A stretch of 64,000 nt of DNA from Chrysomallon squamiferum (taxonomy: Eukaryota; Animalia; Mollusca), in assembly GCA_012295275.1 (NCBI GenBank), contig CM022670.1:25420001-25484000 (forward strand). Reading direction: 5' to 3'. A program made the position numbers and the translations under genes. Position 1 is the first letter of the stretch, and each line of letters opens with the position of its first letter. Positions 1 through 12,300 of this stretch are shown here, in pieces. The notes under the pieces are model-generated. The model was not told where the DNA came from, did not search any database, and saw nothing but the letters and a program-made list of their open reading frames with translations.

Positions 1-343
1 ATATACATATGTCCGATGTATGAGTGTAACAGTATGATTAAAAATATTAAATACTGTGATACTGACAACAGAGATTATGAATTAATAATAATGCTAATAA
101 TAACAATTATCATTGTTTTATCACTATCACCGAAAGTATCAATATGCTACCCATATTGTGAAATTCTACAGTATATTATTTCATTTCATTGTATCGCGAA
201 AGAAACATATTATATTACGAATATATTACAGCAGCCCACCATATAGGAGTACCAAGAATGTTTAAACAAGCACTACATTATTTACTATTATTGTATTAAA
301 CTTTCGCGATCACTTCCTCATATTTTTGTCAATTCTGCGCACG

Positions 344-649
344 TTTTCGCGCATATGTCTTCTTTATATCTCTTCTTTTCATTGGTTGTTCTAAATAACA
401 CAGTAAGGTCTTTGAGGACGTTTACGGATATTATAGACATACCCTCAAGATAACAAAAAAAAGTTTAAAACATATTTAATCCGTTAATAAAAATGAATAT
501 ATTTCAAAATCATATAAAATCTTAACAATATTTTATAAATACCTTTAATAAATTATTTTGTTTTATTGTTCCGAATCTCAGCACAATGTGAACCAATCAA
601 AAGCTCCGTATTTTATATCTTGGGAATGCGCAAACCACTGATTCGCGCC
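344..649 (+). promoter_or_regulatory. Probable PDS5 proximal promoter with E2F-like and CCAAT elements
   Basis: TTTTCGCGC at 344-352 and TTCGCGCC at 642-649 resemble the E2F consensus. ATTGG at 381-385 and CCAAT at 593-597 are CCAAT boxes. CpG is locally enriched, immediately upstream of a strong splice donor at 730/731. E2F plus NF-Y sites are typical of cell-cycle genes. Function is inferred. Confidence 0.5.
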
Positions 650-730
650 GTTTCCTGCTAACTTTGAGTGTTATTTATGTTGTTTTGTTTTATAACAAAA
701 GAAGGGAGTTAATAACATAAAACAGATTAG
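650..730 (+). other. PDS5: Putative non-coding first exon (5' UTR) of PDS5
   Basis: Consensus donor AG|GTAAGC at 730/731. The ATG-containing exon starts after an acceptor (ttttacag, ends 4670), so an upstream exon is required. The start coordinate is approximate. Confidence 0.55.
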
Positions 731-3388
731 GTAAGCATCGTCGTAAATTGTTTCAAAATCTAGCCAAATTAATATCGGTCACAAACCTTAATTTCTGGAC
801 CGATTCGTATCTATTGCATATTCAGACAGGTTCAATTCATCATGGCTGCTAGTTGGGCAAATTCATCAAGATTCAAGATAAACTTAGTGTATCATCTGTA
901 TGAAGATAGTAGTTTTTAAAATTAATAACATTGCATTTATTGTGAATGTCTGTATGTCTCTGAATATCCATATGATGTTTAAACTTGTATAATACATTTT
1001 TTAAACTGACATTAACAATAACTGGATCTGGTTAAGCTCAATAATTAATAAAATGAATAATTGAAATATCATCAGTCTTCTGTTGGTAGCGAAATAATAA
1101 CATAAATTAACGTTTGTTCTATTAGATACCAAACAATGTTTATATTTCTTAATAAAATACATAAGATTTATTCATATCATTGGAATTTGTTTTATTATTT
1201 ATATTCAGTATTCATTATTTTGTTATTTTTCTCATTTACTGCTTTTAAGTTAGTACTCAGGGATCATTTTGAAATTTTAAATATTTTTCATCTCTCTTGT
1301 TTGTACTTCTTGAAACTTCAGATGAAGTATAATAAATTACCTATTAATATTTAATACTTCTCATAAATATTGCCAGTGTTATTTTTGCCACATTGGGCAA
1401 TCATAATTTGAGTTATCTTTCTTTGTACACACAAATTTATATGTGGAGTAGATTTTTGGGTCTCTCTCTCTCTCTCTCTCTCTCTCAATCAGACAGCCAA
1501 TGAACATTAATTAGGTATGTAACCCAAAAATTAAAATATCTTTTTCCGATAACATTGTATATTATCAGAAAGATATCTTTGATAACATTGATATGAACAA
1601 AGTAATGCATTTTTATCTAAATACAGTTTGCTGGTGTTATTCCTTCAGAATCTATTGAGAAACTGATCCATTTCAGTCATTTGGGAACATAAATACTAAA
1701 TATTTCATATACTTTCAAACCAACATACATGTATTATATATGAAAATGATGCCTTTGATGAGTTATAGAATTAATCATGTTGCTAACACTCTTGAATTTT
1801 AATTAATTAATTACACTAATTACTTCACATGTACCTTATACCTTTATTTACGTAATTTGCAAAACCTCCATATATATGTGCATGTATATATATATATATA
1901 TATATCAATTAATAAACATTAATTTGCCTTATGATTTCAAAAAATTCATAAAAATCTAATTTACTAAGAATTGTTTTCATAATCAATCAGGGTTTGTAGG
2001 CATTTTGAAAAGTTTTGTTAATCATGTTTTGTTTGCTTGGCTATGGAAAATTATGTCCTTGCCGTAAATAAAATGTTTGAAAAGCTGATTTGTTTCACCA
2101 GTATTCCAAACAAAGAGTACTGGTACAATTTATTGTTCTCATATTCAGTAATCTTATGAAAAACATGTATACGTTTAAAACAAGCTAGTCTGTAAAATAC
2201 TGCGCACAACTGAGAGCCAGATATGAGTGTCATTTGACATCTTGCATGCCTCAGTTATACAGGAGGCATGTACTGCTAAAAACAATTAAAGTTTGATTCC
2301 AGTTTTCCAATATTTTTAACCTGTTTAATTATAAACAACAGGTACTATTTCTTATAAACTTCTATTGGAGTGGCGAAGTAGATTTGTTGTGATAGCACAG
2401 CAATAATTGATTATAATACTTTTGGTATCAACATACACACAGTGACATGTCACATGATTAATGATTTAATGCAACAACAATCAGCTGTTCTGATCAGTTC
2501 AAGTTTCTAAATGCAATATCACATCCTACTTACATAAGTTGCTGATACATTATTTGAAATTGAAAATAAAATACATATATAAAAGGCACTGTCTCATAAA
2601 CTGATATGATTTGTGGCAATTTAAAGGCAGTTGTAAATTGAATAAGAAGAAAGGACTACAACCACTTTGTGAAGCAATACTTCTGTATTGATATTTTTTG
2701 GCAAGCTGCCTTACATATCATCATAGCCATGTCCAATCCAAGAATAAAACAGCATTTTAAAACATCAAAATAAATTACATTTATTTTTTTATTACTAGTA
2801 ATCCAACATGTGTACCATGCAGCTTATCACAACAAAAGTTTTAACTCTGACAAATATGTCTAAAAACTGCAAAAAACACTTTGTTGTGATTAAGTTTTTT
2901 CTTGGAAATTGTTACGGAAATTGGGATTTGTGGGCTGTGGAAAGTTTTGGAAAAGATATGGAAATTTTGATAGCCCATGGTGTATGAACCCTGAATCAAG
3001 ATCTTTGTTTATCAGAAAGAAAATATCTAAAACTGAAATATTATGCCAAGTATTTACTAAGTCAAACAAAATAAACAAAATATTGAACTTTTCACACATT
3101 GACAGCAGTGGAAATCACTATGGATGTGTCATTCAATGAGAACTGTACATACATTTTGGTATACAAAATTAAGTACCTACTACCCTAAAAGTATCTGTGT
3201 GAAATTTGGCAGACCATGAGAGAAATACCTAATTTGTAACTTGTATATCATTTAAAATCTCAGATAAGCTCATCTTAGTCACATGACTGTTATTTTGAAA
3301 CAGTAAATTTGTTTGGTCTGTTAATCTTCCTTTGCTTTATCAAAGACCATATGTCATGAAATAAATGCATAGATGAAGCTGGATATGT

Positions 3389-3454
3389 ATAGAAAATCAT
3401 GATAAATTATATTTTTACGTATTTGTAAAAATATAATTTATCATGATTTTCTAT
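3389..3454. repeat. Perfect inverted repeat (30-bp arms, 6-nt loop) in PDS5 intron 1
   Basis: 3389-3418 ATAGAAAATCATGATAAATTATATTTTTAC is the exact reverse complement of 3425-3454. The loop is GTATTT. Confidence 0.95.
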
Positions 3455-4693
3455 GATGACAAATTAAACAAGAATAAGGAAATCACCTTCAAGGTAAGCT
3501 AAAACATGTCACAAAAATCGGGTAACCACCTGCTGCAGCACAGAGGCATTCTGTCACATATCTACTACATTAATGTCATGAATAGTTTTAATAATACACA
3601 TTGAAATATATATGTAGCTTGAAAGCTGTTGAGTTGTGAATTTAATGCAGTTTTTGAACTCTTTATTTAAACTGAACATTGGGGCATTTTAAAGAATGAT
3701 TATTTCTTGGTAAAAATGAATGGCACAGTAACTTTAAAAACATGCTTCGTATTTTCCAGTGAGAATCTGTCCAGGCTTTGATTCCTGGATGTAACTTCTG
3801 TTACGATCACAAAACTGCTGTTTTAATGTATTTACTGGAGTTCTGCAACACCTGACATCTGTAGTATATACATTGCCCCACAATTCGAGACTTAAAAAAC
3901 GGTCCAAAAAAATAAAAAATAAAAATAGATACATAAAATAATAATTTAAATGAAGAAAAAATATGACATCAGTGACTGGTTTAAAGATAATTCTGGATGG
4001 CCTGTTCATACTTTTTAAGGCTTGTTTATTTCTCACATTACCAAGATTAGGACACAAAAGGTTTGGTTCCTGAATAGTATTAATAAACGTAAAATGGTTA
4101 TTTAATTATGTGATTGTAAAACTGTGTTTTTGTCTATTGTTATTTATTTATTTATTATTTTCCAGTGTGTGTGTGTTCATATAGTGTGAATAAAGTTGAA
4201 ATAAATCAGTTCTGTCCGTCTTTAAAATGTACATGATAGAACAAATAGTTTTTTAATTTGGATTATTGCTAAAGAAAAGTTCTAAAATTAGCAAAAACTT
4301 TTTTCCACAAGATCAGATATTTGGGAATCCAAAATCCAAAATGTTCATTATTAATATTTAAATACTTGCATAACTGATAAGAATTACGAGGGGGGGGTAT
4401 TATTATTCAATTCGTGTAAATTAATTATTTTAATGTTTTTGTGTATGGATTCACTAAATTTTAACAAGGATTCATCTGCCTCTTTGACCAAAGTTGGTAT
4501 GTTTGTTGTGTGTATTTCAGTTTGAACATTATTATAGAATTTGGTTTCTTATTTTTAAATTATTTTTTTTATATATTGATTTTATAAAATATTAATTGCT
4601 TAAATACTAGCTTTGCTCTTGCTGTTCTTATCCACAAGAAATATTGTGTATATGCTTTTTTGTTTTACAGATGCCTTAGATTAAAAACTAAAA

Positions 4694-6287
4694 ATGAGCA
4701 AGAGTGTTAAGGTTGTTTATCCCCCTGGATGCAAAGAAGTTAATGAAGAACTTGGCAAAGATGAGCTTGTTAAGCGACTTAAGGTAACAAGTATTTCTGA
4801 TATTTAAGAATCACAGACTAGAAACATCTGTTGGGGAAATGAAATGGAATTAAATAATTATTATCAATTATAATATTTCTAAGGTGTACCCAAAAATATT
4901 TTAATATAGATCTTTACTTTAGATCATCTGCTGCAGGTACTTGGATCTTTTCAGTTATGTGTTTGATCATGTTATTTTTATTTTTAATAACAAAATTTCA
5001 GATTGTATTACTTATTTTCCTATATTATCTGCAGTTTCAGTTAGTAAACATGTAACATTTTTTTTCATGGGGAAATAAAATAGATGACCACTTTAAAAAT
5101 AAAAAAAAAAAAAAATAGAAAGCTTATTATGTATTAAAATGAGTGGTTGGAATATGAGCATGTATTTTTCAGATGTTTTCCATTATTAATAGATTTGCTT
5201 ATTATTTTTTTTCATTTTTTTTTAAAGTTGTTGGCTAGAGCTTTTCAAGACCTGGGTCAGGACAATAATGAACAGTATTCTGGTCTTGCTGTAATGTTGG
5301 CAACAGACTTCTATATTGATCATCCAAACAAAGATGTCCGCCTGCTTGTGGCTTGCTGTATTGCTGATGTTTTCAGAATATTTGCCCCAGAAGCACCTTA
5401 CAAAGATGCAGATCACTTGAAGGTAAATTATTATATAAAATCCTTACATGCAGGTCTATAGTAATATCAATTTTTAATTAAAATTATAATTAGAAAACTA
5501 CTGGTGTTGCTGCTGTTATTATTGTTGTTGTTGTTGTTGTTATTATTCAGTCACTACTATTGTGATCATTATCAGTATTTTGTAATCTATAAAAATATCT
5601 TGCATTTTCCTGTAACAGTTTAAGAAAGTTTAATATTTACAGTACAGCACTAACAGTGGCCTTTAAAAATAAGGGTTTGTTTGGAATTAACAAGCGAAGA
5701 CAAAATAATTTCTAAATTTTTTTCATTAATAGGAAATCTTTATGTTCCTGACGAAACAGTTAAGAGGATTAGAAGATCCAGAGGCACCATCATTTAAACG
5801 CTACTTTTATCTGTTAGAGGTTAGTTTGAAATTGTAGTCTGTTTTGAAGCTTCTTTTCATATTAATAGAACTCACACTTCAAATAAACTGCTTAGTCATA
5901 AAAATCATAGTATTTTTGAGTTTACAAATATGTAAGTGACACACATGTTCTGGGATTTGCTTCTAATTGTGAACATGAAAATCAGTCAGTTGGAGATGTG
6001 AATATTTAAAATGCTTGCACATAATTTGTAGGAAAACAAGCAGATTCAGCTGAATGACAATGTTTAATGTCTTTAATGTGTAGACATATCTGTGTAATTC
6101 AGCAGTTCTTTAAAATTTAAAGCTATTTCAAATTTATTTTTGTTTATTATTATTATTATTTTTATTATTTTTCTAGAATTTGTCATGGGTGAAATCTTTC
6201 AACATCTGTCTTGAACTTGAAGAGAATCAAGAAATATTTGTGACATTATTCAAGTTGATGTTTTCCATTGTGAGGTTAGTTTATTTG

Positions 6288-6325
<38 letters not shown>

Positions 6326-9300
6326 AAATCTTAAATTTCTTTTTTGTACCATTTAGATCACACTTTTATATTTTCTCACAGCAACAATTTAAGATGAATT
6401 ATTTTAAATTTTAAATTAGGAAGATCATATTTTAGACTGGTGGCTGTAGTAGATTATCAACAGCCAATGTCATGGAATGTGGGACTAATTATAAATGGTT
6501 CCATTGCTCTGGAATTGATTTATTGAAGCTCATTATACAAACAAATTTATCACCTAAAAATTATTAATGTTAAATGGACTGTAATTAAACAAATTTTTGT
6601 TGTTAATTTCCTTATTTTTATTGACTTTTATTGTAATTTTTATGTCTTGGCCAGTGTATTTAAATAAAAGGTATGTATATGTTATTTATTTTCTTGTAGT
6701 GACAAACACTCAAGTAAGGTTAAGAATTTCATGTTGGATATTATGACTCCACTCATATCAGAAGCCGATTCAGTGTCACAAGATCTGCTGGATAGTGTCC
6801 TCATCAACCTGGTAGAACCACATAAAGTGTGTATATTTTTAAAATCATTCTCAAAGTGTTCTAGGAAATAATTTTCTTTTTGCTAAATCAGTTTGTTAGA
6901 TTGTAAAGAATTTCTGTTCAGTCACATTACACCTAACAGAAAACTAATAATTTGTGTTTTTGCCATTTTTCAGACTCAGCATAAACAGGCTTATTCACTA
7001 GCAAAAGAGTTGTTAAAAAGAACCAGCAGTGCTATAGAACCATACATACAAGCTGTAAGTAAACTTTAAAACTGTAGCCTTTTAGATAAATTATATTGCT
7101 TATTTCTATATTTGTTCTTCTAGTTTAAAAAGTAAACTAAGTATATTTTAAATTATATTTTGTTTTTAAAAATATATAAAATAATAATAATAAAGCTTTT
7201 TAATAGTCTTTAACTTTCATCTCAATTTTGTTATTGTTTATAATTACTCAGAAAAATATATAATTATATAATCTTTCAAGACATTTAAATTTTATTATTT
7301 TTCTCTCTCTCCATCTCTATTTTATTAATAGTTTTTCAATACCACTTTAATGTTGGGCAAGACATCAGAAAGTGAAGTGTCCAATCATCTGTATGAACTT
7401 ATTTATGAGCTGAACCAGGTATCACCCAACGTGTTGCTAGCTGTGTTGCCTCAACTGGAATTCAAATTGAAGGTATGTCTTGTAATCTTCAAAAGTGAAA
7501 TATTTGGAATGTAATATCTGATTTTGTTTTTGTCATAAAAATGTTTAACTTTTTTTTTACCTCATGTATTTACAGTTTTCTTTTTTTATTCTATTAGTTA
7601 ACAAATGTGATGTTGTTCATTTCTTTTTTTCATCTGGTCATAGTTTTACCTTTTTAAAAAACACTTCAACTAACATTCTTCATAATATATAAGAGCTCTA
7701 GTAATAGAGAAAATATTTAATTAAAAATGAAAATTGTTTTGACTCAAATAATTGTTGTTTGATATGAAAAAATAATTGTTTTTTCTGAAACTATAACTAA
7801 TTTGTTTCATTTGACATTTCAGAGCAATGAGGAGAGTGAGAGAAAGCATGTAACAAAATTACTTGCTAAGATGTTTTCTGAACCAGGCTCCATGCTAGCG
7901 GTCCAGAACAAACCTCTGTGGAACTGTTTTCTTGGGAGGTGGGTATTAACCTTTGTTTCAAAACTGTATAACAAAAACATGTTTTGGATTCTTGTCATGA
8001 GTAGTACATATAGGTACCGGCAGCCAAATTTTGTCTGACTTTAATTTCACATAATATGCCAAAAAAATAGCACATAATGAAAGCTGTAGCAAAAAGAATG
8101 AAACACACCAAAAATTATGACACTATCTTCTTCGGTTCAAAAGATACCATGCAAATTGGTACAACAGGTATTTGATCCGTTTTCACCCTTTAGATGTTTG
8201 TAGCTTTATTACTATTTGTAGAGAAAACAAATATTATAGTTGTAAACTAATATTTCTGCTACTTTTTGTTGGATCTAATTAGGTATCAGCAGGCAAATTT
8301 TTCTGACTTTAATTTCATATAATATGCAAGAACATTAGCACAAACTGAAAGCTGTAGTAAAAAGAAACAAAATACATCAAAAATTATCTTCATTGGTTCA
8401 AAAGATACGATGCAAATTGGTACAACAGGCATTTGGTCCGTTTTCAACCATATTTTGGCATATTAGCATAGAAGGCAACTTTGTCCAACTGTAGCTTGAA
8501 AAATAATTGATACAAAAAACTTAAAATCAACACGATTGCTAGGACCAACTTGTTAAATGAACTCAATTTGTTTTAGACCTGTTTGTTTGTATGTGTGTTC
8601 ACAATAACATGCTAAACGTTCCAAAATCTTCAAAATGACACACGTCAGAATGACTAAAAATGCAAATAGACACTGTGGTTTCAGTTGTCTTATTTGACAA
8701 ATGCAATCTGTGTTGTGAATTTATCAAGATCTTTCAAATGACATACTTGAATCTAACATTTTTAATAAAAAAAAAACAACAAATTCTGCCAAGCCCATAA
8801 AAAAAATTACCTTTTCAATTTATATAGAATGGCACAACTTTATTTACATAAGGAGCTTGAATTTTCACTCTATTAAATAATTAGTAGTAATAGGTTAAGA
8901 TACTGTGATGTATATATATCATATATGTATAAATGTTACTTAAAACGTCTATAAGCATTTGATGGTGTACCATAATCCTTTGCAATACATAAACTCAGCT
9001 AATCTTTGGAGTCTACTCCAGAAAGGTGTTAATTGGGACAATAAAATGTATGTAATCAGGAAACTAGAGGCAATTAAAGACACAGGTGTTATGTCTGTCA
9101 TTTGACACAAACAGAACAGAATTTTCTTAGCTTTGTACTTGCTGTGATTTGAAGGAAACAAAAGTTATGTATCATCTGATAATTGTTGAAATTTTCTCTG
9201 ATAGAGCTTATCAACAAGCAAAAATAATGTTTTAAAACTGATCATTTTATGATTTTACATTTAAATAAAAGTGATTAGATTTTTATTCAACATTCCATCA

Positions 9301-12300
9301 ATACCTCTGAATACATTGTTCTATTATGTTGTATAGTTTGTTATGTTTACGATTCTTAATTCGGCGTTTATCACAAGAATTTTGAAAGCAAAATAATCGA
9401 CGGTTTTAAACTGAAGATAGTAATCGGCAAAAACCAATGTTAATTTTATTTATTTCAGAATGCGTTTTTGCTACACATATGCTATAATGTATATGCTAAA
9501 AGTAGGAACATTGAAGAAAAACAAACAGCCAACAAGTTATTAAAAATATAAACAACATATAAATATAATCATTTTAAACAGTGCCAGACCTTTCTAGCTG
9601 TACATAAGATTTACGGCAATTTCGTTCTGTAAAAAAATGTAACATAATGGCGATTTTGCTAAGCACGCACTACGTTCAAATGTGGAGTTTGTTTTCGCCA
9701 AACATGACACACTGTAGTGCCGCACATTGTTTGAAAGGTAATTGAATGATCTTTCATTTGATCCTGTGAACATAGGTTTTATTTTCAGCCAGTTTTTTTC
9801 AAAATAGGTTTGAAGGCATGAAAATACATTTTTGGACACAACTTTTGACATAAACCATTGCCAGCGACGACATGCACACTGTTAGAAAATTGAACTTTGA
9901 CCCTGCTAGCTGTGCTAAAAATAACATTGAAGCCATTTTGGCGAAAACAAGCCAGGCATTTGGACAACGACCCTATTTTAGGACTTTTTACTCCATGCTG
10001 TTAATTGCTGACCACGGGCGCTGAAGTGCGTTTACCCCCACAGCGTTTAACACTCTTGTACAAAGAACTGATTAAACATACAACAAGAACAGTAACACCA
10101 TTTAAAAGAGCACATAAAGACCTTTAGTTACATGTATTTGTTTTTTATGGTAGGATTTACAGAAGTGATTTGAGAGTGGAGGAAAATGGACAAAATCGAA
10201 ACTTTTAACAGCTTCGACCAATTATATCGGCTAGGCTGCCGGTACCTACTTGAAGGATGCTTAATCATTTGTTTCAGAGCAATGTAATAAAGAGTACATT
10301 TTACTTTACCTTCAGTATGCATTCCGGTCATAGAAATGCTAGGAATTGTTATTGTTTTAGTGGTAATATTTAAAGGAAAAACATGTTAAATATTTTACCT
10401 GTGATATTAGTGTTTTGATTTTGATAATTATCCACTAATAATAATGTTTGTGCTCGTAAAACAATGTTCATTTTATTGTTATTTTCCCATACAGATTCAA
10501 TGACATCAGTACATCAGTAAGAATCATCTGCTGCAGTTTTGCTCAGCATTTCTTTCTCAACCACCCAAACCTGACAAAGGACATATTAGGTATAAAAATC
10601 TTAAAATATTTTTATAATTAATAATTCTTTTAATCCAGAACTTGAACATTTAGTTTGATGGAGTGACATTTCCTTTTGTGTTGAAAAGAAATTTCAATCC
10701 TGACAGAAATAACACCTGCACATGAACAAAGTTTTATTTTAAGCAAAATATTCTGTTTCTACACATAATCTAGATAAACATTTTTGAACATAAGCTGTTA
10801 AATAGTAACTGAGGGTAGGAGACATATTATTTTGGGATTTCAGTCACATTTGATCTGTTTATATTAGCTATTTAACTAGTTGATTAAAGGCTGTGGTATG
10901 TACATTCCTGTCTGGGAAGATATGAAAAATATTTCTTTGCCATTAATAGACCAAACAAGAACCACAGAGCAATAGCTTGTTCATGTATTATGCAAGAAAA
11001 AATTAGACATCTGTTACATGTTAATAATAAAATGTGTTCTGGTATTGTTAAACAAATACACATTTACAAACTAGACTGCATGGATCAAGTCATCATTAAA
11101 TGACAAATTTTTGTTGAACCTCATAAATGTTAAAAGAGAAAGATGAATCATATGGTTCTATCATTAGGTTTAAGCTTTATTATTTCTTTTCACTTCTTAC
11201 TATTTTTGTTTCAGAGCAAATGAAAGTTCGACAACATGACCCCGAGGACACTGTGAGAATGGAGGTTGTTAACTGTGTGATGAACGTGGCTAAAAAAGAT
11301 TTTTCTATGGTCAATGATGACATGCTGACTTTTGTGAAGGAACGAACTCGAGATAAAAAGGTATTGCTAGTTATTCTCAAAACAACACATTTATACTCAA
11401 ACCTAAATATTGAGCAGCTTGTATGCTTATTTTGAAGAAGAAAGATCCTTTTTTTTTTAAATTTGTATTACTGTTTTATTTATTTATCTGAACCTTTTAC
11501 AGTTGGGATCACTTACCAGTATTTCAAACAATTTGATTTCAGTTTCGAATTCGGCGAGAAGCTCTTCTTGGTTTGGGAATCATGTATAAAAATGTGATGT
11601 CCAAAACTCCAGTTGATCCTGTTCTGAAAGAGAAAGTTTCCTGGATTAAGCAGAAAGTTTTCTATGCTTACTATCAAACCAGCAATGATGACAGGTACAC
11701 TTAGATTTAATTTAGATTTAGGTAAAGTTGAAATAACAAAAAAAACTTGAAATATAGGACATTGACTGTTAATGAGACATAATGTTTAGATGTTTGTAGC
11801 TCTATTACTATTTGTAGAGAAAACAAATATTATAGTTGTAAACTAATATTTCTGCTACTTTTTGTTGGATCTAATAAGGTACTGGCTGGCAAATTTTTCT
11901 GACTTTAATTTCATATAATATGCAAGAACATTAGCACAAACTGAAAGCTGTAGCAAAAAGAAACAAAACATATCAAAAATTATGATACTATCTTCAGCAG
12001 TTCAAAAGATATAATGCAAATTGGTACAACAGGCATTTGGTCCTTTTTCAACCATATTTTGGCACATTAGCATAAAGGGCAACTTTGTCCAACTGTAGCT
12101 TGAAAAATAATTGATACAAAAAACTTGAAATCAGCAAAGGATGTTAGGACTGACTGGTTAAATAAGCTCCATTTTTTTCAGACCTGTATGTTTGTATGTG
12201 TATTCACAATAACATGCTAAACTTGCCAAAAATCTTCAAAATGACACGGGGCAGAATGCTCCTAAAATGACTAACAGTGCAAACAGTCACTGTGGTTTCA

